DNA of 37,939 bases. Source: an uncultured Actinomycetes bacterium (GTDB taxonomy: Bacteria; Actinomycetota; Acidimicrobiia; Acidimicrobiales; RAAP-2). Below are positions 29,012 to 37,046 of the stretch, piece after piece. The first letter of the stretch is position 1. Each line of letters begins with the position of its first letter. Where the stretch lies: contig CAIJWX010000100.1 of assembly GCA_903824535.1 (NCBI GenBank), forward strand, positions 1-37,939. The letters run 5' to 3'. The position numbers were made by a program, and so were the translations under genes. The notes under the pieces were generated by a model, which saw nothing but the letters and a program-made list of their open reading frames with translations, searched no databases and was not told the DNA's origin.

Positions 29012-30358
29012 GTGGACACAAAGAAAATCTTCAAGGCGTACGACGTTCGTGGAACGTATCCAGATCAGCTAAATGAGCGCCTTGCTCGAGCAATCGGCTC
29101 TGCATTTGCAACGTTTGTAAAGACTCCACGAATTGTGATTGCACGCGATATGCGTCCTTCTGGTGTCACTATGTGCGAAGCCTTCGCCGAAGGTGCGCGC
29201 AGTATTGGTGTTGAAGTTATTGACCTCGGTCTTGCTTCGACAGACTTTCTCTATTTCGCCGCTGGTCACCTAGACGCTCCTGGCGCGATGTTTACTGCTT
29301 CTCATAATCCTGCTCAGTACAACGGCATCAAGATGTGCCTCGCTGGAGCTAAGCCAATTGGCGTTGAGAGTGGCCTCGTAGAAATTGAAGCAATGGCTAA
29401 TGAGTTTTATGTAACTCCTGCTACTGGCAGTCTTGCGGGCTACAGCGAACTCGATCTGATGGGCGAGTGGGTTAAGCACGTTCTCTCATTTGCTGATGCG
29501 TCTACGTTTCGACCTCTAAAGATTGTTGCTGATACCGCAAACGGTATGGGTGGCTTTATTGCTCCAAAGATTTTTGGTGGACTTCCATTCGACGTTGAGA
29601 TTATGTACGAAGAACTCGATGGAACGTTCCCTAACCACCCAGCAGATCCGTTAGATGCAAAGAATCTTGTTGACCTACAAAAACGGGTTCTTGAGGTTGG
29701 TGCCGACATTGGCCTTGCTTTTGATGGTGACGCCGACCGAGTCTTTTTAATTGATGAAAAAGCCCAACCTATTTCTGGTTCAACTACTACGGCCATGGTT
29801 GCTGATGCAATGCTCAAGAAATACCCCGGTGCGACCATTCTTTATAACTTGATCTGCTCTAAATCAGTTCCAGCTGTTATTGCTGAAGGTGGCGGGGTGG
29901 CTGTTCGAACTCGAGTGGGCCATAGCTACATCAAGCAGCAAATGGCTGAAACAGGCGCTGTTTTCGGTGGCGAGCACTCTGGCCACTATTACTACCGAGA
30001 CAATTACCGTGCTGACTCGGGCATCATTACGGCCATGGTTGTGCTGCAACTGCTCAGCGAATCATCAGTTCCTCTTTCAGAACTTGTTGCCCCGTACAAC
30101 CGGTTCGTAGCTTCAGGTGAAATAAACACCGAAGTAGCAAGTCCCGCCAATAGCGTTGCCGTCATAGCCCAAAAGCTAAAGAGCGAAGGGGTGAACGTTG
30201 ATCTGCTCGATGGAATGACTGCAGATTATGGAACGTGGTGGTTTAATCTTCGCCCATCGAATACTGAGCCACTTCTACGGCTTAATGTTGAAGCACCAAA
30301 TAAAATTGAATGTCAACAGCGTGTTGACGAAGTTCTACAAATGATTAAAGAGGTTTAG
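29012..30358 (+). CDS. manB: Phosphomannomutase/phosphoglucomutase
   Basis: FKAYDVRG, TASHNP, FPNHPADP, FDGDADR, GGEHSGH and LRPSNTEP motifs. Start is GTG 29012 (ORF track gives TTG 29003). Confidence 0.96.
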   Translation: MDTKKIFKAYDVRGTYPDQLNERLARAIGSAFATFVKTPRIVIARDMRPSGVTMCEAFAEGARSIGVEVIDLGLASTDFLYFAAGHLDAPGAMFTASHNPAQYNGIKMCLAGAKPIGVESGLVEIEAMANEFYVTPATGSLAGYSELDLMGEWVKHVLSFADASTFRPLKIVADTANGMGGFIAPKIFGGLPFDVEIMYEELDGTFPNHPADPLDAKNLVDLQKRVLEVGADIGLAFDGDADRVFLIDEKAQPISGSTTTAMVADAMLKKYPGATILYNLICSKSVPAVIAEGGGVAVRTRVGHSYIKQQMAETGAVFGGEHSGHYYYRDNYRADSGIITAMVVLQLLSESSVPLSELVAPYNRFVASGEINTEVASPANSVAVIAQKLKSEGVNVDLLDGMTADYGTWWFNLRPSNTEPLLRLNVEAPNKIECQQRVDEVLQMIKEV

Positions 30359-30361
30359 GCC

Positions 30362-30586
30362 ATGGCCCTTGACAGTTTCCTACTTGAGTTACTCGAAGAC
30401 CCAACCGATCACGGAACTCTTCTCTATATTGCATCGAGCAATGTCCTCTACAACCCTCGCAAGAAAGTTGCCTACGAAGTTCGTGGATCAATCCCAGTGC
30501 TGCTCCCAGACGAAGCGCGTCAAGTGACAGATGCAGAGCACAGTACGTGGACCTCAGACACAACTGCAGTTACAACAGGTCGCTAG
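30362..30586 (+). CDS. Trm112/YcaR family small protein
   Basis: LLELLEDP.D.G.L and YEVRGSIPVLLPDEAR motifs; usual position after the PMM gene. Confidence 0.9.
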   Translation: MALDSFLLELLEDPTDHGTLLYIASSNVLYNPRKKVAYEVRGSIPVLLPDEARQVTDAEHSTWTSDTTAVTTGR

Positions 30587-31809
30587 TTTTTCGTAACTTT
30601 TAGGGGAACCTTCAGTGGTCCCCAAATAGCAAGTCGGCCGTGCTTCCAGGTTGGAGCAGTTTCCATTGAGATTTCAGACCATGTCTCTACAAATACCTGT
30701 AGGGCTTCTTGGAGTTCTGCGCGTGCGAGAGCCGCACCAAGGCAGTGGTGAATACCACTAGAAAATGTCATGTGATTTCTGGCGTCTGACCTACTGATAT
30801 CAAATTCATCTGCTTGATTAAATTCATTGCCATCACGATTTGCAGAAGACAGAGAAAAAGTAATCAACTGTCCTTTGGAAAAAATGATGTCCTTGTATTC
30901 GAATTCTTCTGCAACTTGACGAATGACAGTGCGAATTGGATTCACGTAACGAAGAGACTCTTCAACGGTGTTGGGAATTTGTGAAGGGTCGTTGCGCAAC
31001 TGCTCCCACGTGTCTGGACGCTCAGCAAGCAGGGTAGTCATAATGCCGAGTTGATTACGAGTGGTGTCTGTTCCCGCAGCGATCATTCCCTGAACCAAAC
31101 TCACAAGTTCGTCAGTCGAGAGACGGTCGCCCTCTTCTTCAACTTGAATAAGTGCACTAAGCAGGTCATTTCCGAGATTTTTTCGTCGTTCTTCCACGAG
31201 GTTCAAGCAGTACTTCTGAAAGTCACCCATTGCATCGACGAATTCTTGCTCGCGACCAATGATGAGCGGTGACCACCTGATGAACAGCAAATCTGCCCAG
31301 TAGCTAAAGAGGTCCCAGTCCTTTTCAGCAACTCCTACCTGATGGCATATAACTGCAATGGGGTATTCATTAAATGCAGCCTGAAATTCAAATGTCGTCT
31401 CGTTGTCAGATTCATGAACCTTTGAAAGAACACCTTCAATATAACTGCGCATGAATGGTCGAAGCTCATCAATGGCTTTTGCTGAAAAAGGTCGAGCTAC
31501 GAGTCTGCGAAGTCGGTTGTGATCTTCGCCCTCAGCGCTCAAGATGCCATTGCTGTCTTCGAGCTGGTCAAGTGCTGTGCCAGTTCCAGCAATGAGTTTG
31601 CCAACTAGCTGCGAAGCTTGGTGCAGTCGACGCTCACGAAGTAGTGATACTGAGTCTTCGTGAGAAACGACAGCGTAGCCAAAAGCGGTTTTTCCAATCC
31701 AGTTTTGACTACGTTGCCGTGCTACTTCTTCGAGATATTCCTCACGTGAAGGATTATCACTTAGGTTTTTGGCTTCAGCAAGTGCTAAGTCCTCAACCCG
31801 AGTGGCCAT
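30583..31809 (-). CDS. Cytochrome P450
   Basis: HNRLRRLV..F, I-helix AAGTDTT, ExxR (EESLR), SANRD and heme ligand FSSGIHHCLG motifs. Confidence 0.97.
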   Translation of the reverse strand: MATRVEDLALAEAKNLSDNPSREEYLEEVARQRSQNWIGKTAFGYAVVSHEDSVSLLRERRLHQASQLVGKLIAGTGTALDQLEDSNGILSAEGEDHNRLRRLVARPFSAKAIDELRPFMRSYIEGVLSKVHESDNETTFEFQAAFNEYPIAVICHQVGVAEKDWDLFSYWADLLFIRWSPLIIGREQEFVDAMGDFQKYCLNLVEERRKNLGNDLLSALIQVEEEGDRLSTDELVSLVQGMIAAGTDTTRNQLGIMTTLLAERPDTWEQLRNDPSQIPNTVEESLRYVNPIRTVIRQVAEEFEYKDIIFSKGQLITFSLSSANRDGNEFNQADEFDISRSDARNHMTFSSGIHHCLGAALARAELQEALQVFVETWSEISMETAPTWKHGRLAIWGPLKVPLKVTKN

Positions 31810-33017
31810 TAGTTCAAGCGCTCAATGATCATTGCCATACCCTGTCCACCACCAACGCACATTGTTTCCATTCCGAAACGCTTGCCAGAGTCTTCAAGTG
31901 AGTTAATAAGTGTGGTCATGATGCGAGCACCAGTCATTCCAAATGGGTGACCAAGCGCAATTCCACCACCACGGATGTTTAGCTTGTCCATAGGAATTCC
32001 GAGGTGCTTTGCACTAGGAAGAACCTGAGCTGCAAATGCTTCGTTGATTTCAACGAGGTCAATCTGGTCAATTGTCATTCCCGCACGCTTCAGTGCCTGA
32101 CGGCAAGCTTCGATTGGTCCGAGTCCCATGATTTCTGGGTTGAGTCCAGAAACACCTGAAGAAACAATTCGAGCTAGTGGCGTAAGTCCAAGCTCCTTGG
32201 CACGAGTGTCACTCATAACTACAACTGCAGCAGCGCCGTCGTTCAGTGGGCAAGCGTTACCTGCAGTAACACTTCCACCTTCGCGGAATACTGGAGCAAG
32301 AGAAGAAAGCTTCTCAAGTGTTGTTCCTGCACGTGGACCATCGTCTTTAGTCATTACTGTTCCGTCAGGAAGAGTTACTGGAATGATTTCGCGCTCGAAG
32401 AAACCGTTCTCCTGGTGCTTCACAGCGAGCTCTTGGCTTCGAACAGCAAATTCGTCCATTTCAAGACGTGAAACACCTTCTTGCTCAACAACGTTTTCGG
32501 CTGTTTGACCCATTGCAATGTAAATGTCTGGAAGACCAGCAGCTGGCTTCCAAGGCTCTGTAAATTTTGCAGAGCGAGTTTCGGTGCGAGCAAGTGCGTC
32601 AGCGAACACTGGGTTCATTGCCTTGCCGCTGTCTGATGCGCCAGAACCGAAACGAGAAACAGTTTCAACTCCAGCAGCGATAAATACGTCACCTTCACCA
32701 GAACGAATAGCGTGTGCAGCCATACGAATTGTCTGTAGTGATGATGAGCAGTAGCGGTTTACTGTTACTCCAGGAACATTGTCGAGGCCAGCAAGGATTG
32801 CTGAAACACGAGCAATGTTGAATCCAGCTTCACCAGCAGGCTGACCACAACCAAGAATGAGGTCTTCAACGGTATTTGGGTCGAGTTGAGGAACTTTCTT
32901 CAATACTTCGCGCACTACAAGTGCGGTGAGGTCGTCAGGACGCATGTCAACGAGTGAACCTTTAAAGGCTCTTCCAATTGGTGTACGACCGGTGGCGACG
33001 ATTACGGCTTCTGGCAT
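31809..33017 (-). CDS. Acetyl-CoA C-acyltransferase (thiolase)
   Basis: NRYCSSS, TAGNACPLNDGA, EINEAFA, GHPFGMTG and CVGGGQG motifs; SD AGGAGG upstream. Confidence 0.97.
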   Translation of the reverse strand: MPEAVIVATGRTPIGRAFKGSLVDMRPDDLTALVVREVLKKVPQLDPNTVEDLILGCGQPAGEAGFNIARVSAILAGLDNVPGVTVNRYCSSSLQTIRMAAHAIRSGEGDVFIAAGVETVSRFGSGASDSGKAMNPVFADALARTETRSAKFTEPWKPAAGLPDIYIAMGQTAENVVEQEGVSRLEMDEFAVRSQELAVKHQENGFFEREIIPVTLPDGTVMTKDDGPRAGTTLEKLSSLAPVFREGGSVTAGNACPLNDGAAAVVVMSDTRAKELGLTPLARIVSSGVSGLNPEIMGLGPIEACRQALKRAGMTIDQIDLVEINEAFAAQVLPSAKHLGIPMDKLNIRGGGIALGHPFGMTGARIMTTLINSLEDSGKRFGMETMCVGGGQGMAMIIERLN

Positions 33018-33025
33018 GGGGGCTC

Positions 33026-33060
33026 CTCCTACAGAGTTACTAATTGGTAACTCGTAGGAG
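33026..33060. promoter_or_regulatory. Imperfect 35-bp palindrome/hairpin overlapping the thiolase SD
   Basis: CTCCTAC-A-GAGTTAC TAATTG GTAACTC-GTAGGAG; a minus-strand -10 TATGCT lies at 33064-33059. Confidence 0.7.
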
Positions 33061-33088
33061 CATACTTAACGCCGAGGGGTGGGTGTGT

Positions 33089-33595
33089 TTATGAAAGTTT
33101 GAGGGGACCAGCGTCGTCAAAACCCTGGCGAATTCCCTGACCAGCGCGCTGGCGAAGTTGTTCAGGATCAAAGAGCATCCAGTAAGCATTTAGTGCGTGT
33201 TTCCTCGAACGATTCTCAAATACTGTTGCCAAAACTTCAGGGTCACTGGCTTCATCTTCGTGAACAAAAACTTCAAGGATTGGAGTTGATGTAAGTAACT
33301 GCGCCTGCATGATTCCAAGAGCGGCTTCGTGAGCACACTGCTTATCTATTGGCGCGCTGCCGGGCATGCCGAGTGCAACAACAATTGAGCATCCGTCTTG
33401 TTCGATTAAGTTCTTTGCGGCAACGGCTAGGTCTTTGAAGCCAGGAACAGTTTTGGCAACGATCTTGAAGGTCTCGTTATACCCAGGGCACGTTGAAAGT
33501 TCAGCAATTGCGGCTGCACCCATGTTGTATCTCGCGAACATGGTGTCCACAACGCCTATTTTTACAACCTTTGATTTTTTGTTCTTTTTAGCCAC
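33089..33595 (-). CDS. ribC: Riboflavin synthase, archaeal (pentameric, lumazine-synthase-fold) type
   Basis: KIGVVDTMFARYNM, TVPGFKDLAVA.K.LIE..GC.IVVALGMPG, DKQCAHEA..G, EVFVHEDEA and AGQGIRQGFDDAG match the methanogen RibC motifs as I recall them. Start GTG 33595 with GGAG upstream (168 aa); the longer ORF to 33733 overlaps the divergent gene. Confidence 0.92.
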   Translation of the reverse strand: MAKKNKKSKVVKIGVVDTMFARYNMGAAAIAELSTCPGYNETFKIVAKTVPGFKDLAVAAKNLIEQDGCSIVVALGMPGSAPIDKQCAHEAALGIMQAQLLTSTPILEVFVHEDEASDPEVLATVFENRSRKHALNAYWMLFDPEQLRQRAGQGIRQGFDDAGPLKLS

Positions 33596-33614
33596 GACAC
33601 TCCGTTCTTCCCTA

Positions 33615-33669
33615 AGTCTAGAGAAAGATTGCCCCCGACATCCCGGGGGGTTTTGCTGGCCTCTAGAGT
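33615..33669. promoter_or_regulatory. Divergent promoter region ribC / acyl-CoA dehydrogenase with central GC hairpin
   Basis: Minus -10 TAGACT (33620-33615); plus -10 TAGAGT (33664-33669); CCCCCG-ACATCC-CGGGGG inverted repeat at 33632-33649. Confidence 0.5.
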
Positions 33670-33691
33670 GGCCAATGAGGAAAGGAGTTCC

Positions 33692-34996
33692 ATGGCTTGG
33701 GACTTTCAGACAGATCCAGCATTCGAAGAACAACTTGCTTGGATGCGCACATTTATTAAGGAAGAAATTTTTCCGATTGAGACGTTAAAGCTTGAACGAT
33801 CACAGCTGATGGCCTTCATAAAGCCACTTCAAGAAGAAGTGAAGAAGCGCGGTCTATGGGCAGCACACCTTCCACCAGCGCTCGGTGGAATGGGCTTTGG
33901 TCAACTTGAGCTCGGACTTATGCACGAAATTCTTGGACAATCTCCATACGGACCAGTGGTGTTTGGAAACAACGCACCTGACAGTGGTAACGCTGAGCTG
34001 CTCGCTGCTGCCATGGAGATGACTGGTCGCGAAGATATTCGTGAACGTTGGTTGAACCCACTTCTCAATGGAGAGATCCGCTCTGGTTTTTCTATGACTG
34101 AACCAAACACTGCAGGATCAGACCCACGCCTTCTTGTTACTCGTGCTGAGAAAGATGGCGAAGAATGGGTTATCAATGGTCGCAAGTGGTACACCACGAA
34201 TGGTTCTGTTGCGAATATTTTGATTCTCATGGCCGTCACTAACCCTGACGTTCACCCGTACCAAGGCTCGTCAATGTTTGTTGTTCCAGTCGACACACCG
34301 GGACTAACAATTCTTCGCGACGTTGGCTCAATGGACGACCCAGAAGTTACCTACGGCAAGTTTGGTAACCACGCAGAAATCCTTTACGAGGATGTCCGTA
34401 TTCCAGCTGACCACCTTGTGGGGCCAGAAGGATCTGGATTCTTACTCGCACAGACTCGCCTGGGGCCAGGCCGCATTCACCACTGCATGCGCTGGCTCGG
34501 TCAGTCCCAGCGTGCCTTTGACATGATGTGTGAGCGCGCACTTAGCCGCTTCACACACGGATCGCTGCTGGCTGAAAAGCAGACTGTTCAGAACTGGATT
34601 GCTGATTCGAAAGCTGAGATGCATGCTGCTCGTCTCATGACGCTTCACGCTGCATGGAAGATGGACCAGGTTGGAGCTTCACAGTCTCGTGATGAGATTG
34701 CGATGATCAAGTACTACGGTGCAACGGTTCTGCATAACGTTGTTGACCGTGCACTTCAGGTCTATGGATCACTCGGATATTCATCAGACATGCCAATTGA
34801 AGGCATGTACCGTGCTGCTCGTGCAGCTCGAATCTATGACGGCCCAGACGAAGTGCACAAGCAGACAGTTGCTCGTCACGTTCTAAAGGAATACACCGCC
34901 AGTGAAATTCCTACAGACCATGTTCCAACTAGAACTGCTGCAGCACAGGTTAAGTACGCAGGCTTGCTCAAGGAATTAGGAATTCAGAACGCTTAG
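33692..34996 (+). CDS. Acyl-CoA dehydrogenase (ACAD10/11-like bacterial group)
   Basis: APDSGNAE, FSMTEP..GSDP, INGRKW, RLGPGRIHHCMR and IYDGPDEVH motifs; SD AAAGGAG before ATG 33692. Confidence 0.96.
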   Translation: MAWDFQTDPAFEEQLAWMRTFIKEEIFPIETLKLERSQLMAFIKPLQEEVKKRGLWAAHLPPALGGMGFGQLELGLMHEILGQSPYGPVVFGNNAPDSGNAELLAAAMEMTGREDIRERWLNPLLNGEIRSGFSMTEPNTAGSDPRLLVTRAEKDGEEWVINGRKWYTTNGSVANILILMAVTNPDVHPYQGSSMFVVPVDTPGLTILRDVGSMDDPEVTYGKFGNHAEILYEDVRIPADHLVGPEGSGFLLAQTRLGPGRIHHCMRWLGQSQRAFDMMCERALSRFTHGSLLAEKQTVQNWIADSKAEMHAARLMTLHAAWKMDQVGASQSRDEIAMIKYYGATVLHNVVDRALQVYGSLGYSSDMPIEGMYRAARAARIYDGPDEVHKQTVARHVLKEYTASEIPTDHVPTRTAAAQVKYAGLLKELGIQNA

Positions 34997-35946
34997 TGAA
35001 GCGCTAGTCCCTTTACGGCGTCTTTAATGTCAACGCCAACAGGAACTATTGCCAAGGTAGGAATCTGAACACCGTTGTCAATGAACTGCTGGATGTGCTC
35101 GCGGCACTTCTCGTAGGAGCCATGAATAAGTAGCTCGTCACATACTGAGTCCGGAATTAGTTCATTCGCTAACTTACGATCTCCAGCAGCCCACGCGTCC
35201 CACATTGGCTGGAGAATTTCTTCACGACCGAGCCACTTGTGAAACTCGGCGTATGTCGAAACCGTTAAGTAGGAAGAAATCATTCGACGTGCAATAAACC
35301 TTGCGGTGTCGGCGTCTTCAGTAGGAATCACGAAGAGGCGTGCGGCAATTGTTTTTCCAGGTCCAACTTCTGCAACACATGTTTTGACGTCTTCTGCAGA
35401 AAGCCAGTTAAGAATTGCACCATCTGCTTCAGTGCCAGCCAGTTTTAGCATTCGTGGTCGCAGAGCGCCTAAGAGAATTGGTGGTCGGTGAATAACTGGA
35501 CGAGAGAGTTTGAAGCCATGAATTTCAAATGTGTCGTACACGTGGTCAATTTTTTCGCCGTCGAGTGCACGCTTTAGGAAATCAAGTACATCACGAGTAC
35601 GTGAGTACGGCTTGTCGAACGCAATTCCATTCCATCGCTGCACTACTGGCATTGAAGAAGATCCGAGCCCCACGGTGAATCTGCCATTAGATGCTTCAGC
35701 AAGCGCTGCGATGCTCATTGCGAGAAGTCCGGCTCCACGCGTATACGCAGGAACTACTGCAACACCAAGATTAAGTCGAGACTCCCACGCGGCGGCAAGG
35801 GTTAGTGGTGTGAATCCGTCGGCCCCGTCAACTTCCATGCTCCAGACATCGGTGTAACCAATGTCAGCAAGCATGTGGAACCACTCTTTGTGTTCTGGAA
35901 GAGTGACGCCGTCAAAGGGAATAGTTACTCCGTAGCGTTGTGTCAT
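34993..35946 (-). CDS. Luciferase-like (LLM) oxidoreductase, probably F420-dependent
   Basis: GYTDVWSME..G.DGFTPL, GRFTVGLGSSS and LGALRPRMLKLAG.EADG.ILNW motifs; F420 biosynthesis genes are present in the window. Confidence 0.85.
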   Translation of the reverse strand: MTQRYGVTIPFDGVTLPEHKEWFHMLADIGYTDVWSMEVDGADGFTPLTLAAAWESRLNLGVAVVPAYTRGAGLLAMSIAALAEASNGRFTVGLGSSSMPVVQRWNGIAFDKPYSRTRDVLDFLKRALDGEKIDHVYDTFEIHGFKLSRPVIHRPPILLGALRPRMLKLAGTEADGAILNWLSAEDVKTCVAEVGPGKTIAARLFVIPTEDADTARFIARRMISSYLTVSTYAEFHKWLGREEILQPMWDAWAAGDRKLANELIPDSVCDELLIHGSYEKCREHIQQFIDNGVQIPTLAIVPVGVDIKDAVKGLALH

Positions 35947-36083
35947 GTAGACAGTGTTTCAGATTTTCAGGTTCTGTTTCTGCCATCATCACGAAATTGC
36001 ACAATCGTCTTTATTTATAAGCAATCTTTGAGATGAATCCAATAATTTCCTTCATCTGTCCGTATGATTGAAGTAATCGTTAA

Positions 36084-37046
36084 TTGAGGTTTGTGCGTAA
36101 AATACTTTTTATTTTGATTGTCCTCGCCGCACTTATTGCTGCAGGTTTCGTTGCTCGACCCCACAATTCCTCTGCATCGGAGACTTCTGGGGCAAAATCG
36201 TCCGCTCCAACCATTTCAAGTCCTCCTTCAGTGTGCTCAACTTCGCCGTGTAGCACCTGGAAAAATCCTGAACCATGGACGGGTGCGACACCTTCAATAA
36301 TGACAACGGTGTTTACTCCCTTCAAGGATCAACCTTCAGTGAAAGCCTATGTTGCGTGGATTAACACAGCCACAACTGGCGTCGCGTTGTTCCCTGGCTA
36401 TAAAGGACCAGGGCCAACAACAAAACCACGCGGCCCAGAGATGGTTCCACTTAAATCACGCGCGCGACTACTGGCAACCTTTAATTCAGGATTTTATGAA
36501 TCTGACGCCGCCGCCGGTTTTTATACGCACGACATCCTCTACTTCCCAATGCGAAAAGGCATCGCGACGCTCGTTCGCTATAAAAACGGATCAGTTGACA
36601 TTGTCTCTTGGACAGGTGGAGCACGACCAGATAGTTCAGTAGTAATGGCTCGACAAAACCTTTCATTAATGATTAATGGTTCAGAGCCGACGAATGCAAC
36701 TTTAAATAATTCGCTGTGGGGTCTGACGCTTCATGGAGCTCCCGCAGTATGGAGAACAGCTCTGGCCATAGATGCTGGTGGGAACCTGATGTACGTCGCT
36801 GCACCGGAACAAACCGCACGCAGTCTTGCAATCCTTTTAACGAAGATTCATGCTGTTCGCGCAATGCAACTTGATATAAATCCGGCATGGCCAATTTTTG
36901 TCACGTATGCAAATCGTGGTGCGGCTGGCCCCGCACTCTTTGTTCCAAATTCAAGTCAAATTCCAAACAGATTTCTATATCCGAGCACAAAAGACTTCTT
37001 TGCCGTATTTGCGACCAAGACACCTGGTGAGCCACAGCCGTGGTAA
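36084..37046 (+). CDS. Secreted phosphodiester glycosidase (NAGPA/DUF2233)-like protein
   Basis: Signal anchor, Ser/Pro linker, ATFNSGF, ARQNL, WRTALAI and AMQLDIN motifs. Confidence 0.7.
   Translation: MRFVRKILFILIVLAALIAAGFVARPHNSSASETSGAKSSAPTISSPPSVCSTSPCSTWKNPEPWTGATPSIMTTVFTPFKDQPSVKAYVAWINTATTGVALFPGYKGPGPTTKPRGPEMVPLKSRARLLATFNSGFYESDAAAGFYTHDILYFPMRKGIATLVRYKNGSVDIVSWTGGARPDSSVVMARQNLSLMINGSEPTNATLNNSLWGLTLHGAPAVWRTALAIDAGGNLMYVAAPEQTARSLAILLTKIHAVRAMQLDINPAWPIFVTYANRGAAGPALFVPNSSQIPNRFLYPSTKDFFAVFATKTPGEPQPW

Noticed and set aside
33089-33595. Calling this gene lumazine synthase ribH
   Set aside because: It lacks the RibH VPGAFE and GxVIRGxTxHF motifs and has archaeal RibC-specific motifs instead.
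33596-33733. Apparent head-to-head overlap of extended ribC and ACAD ORFs
   Set aside because: Homology-like sequence and SD sites place the starts at 33595 and 33692, so the extensions are spurious.
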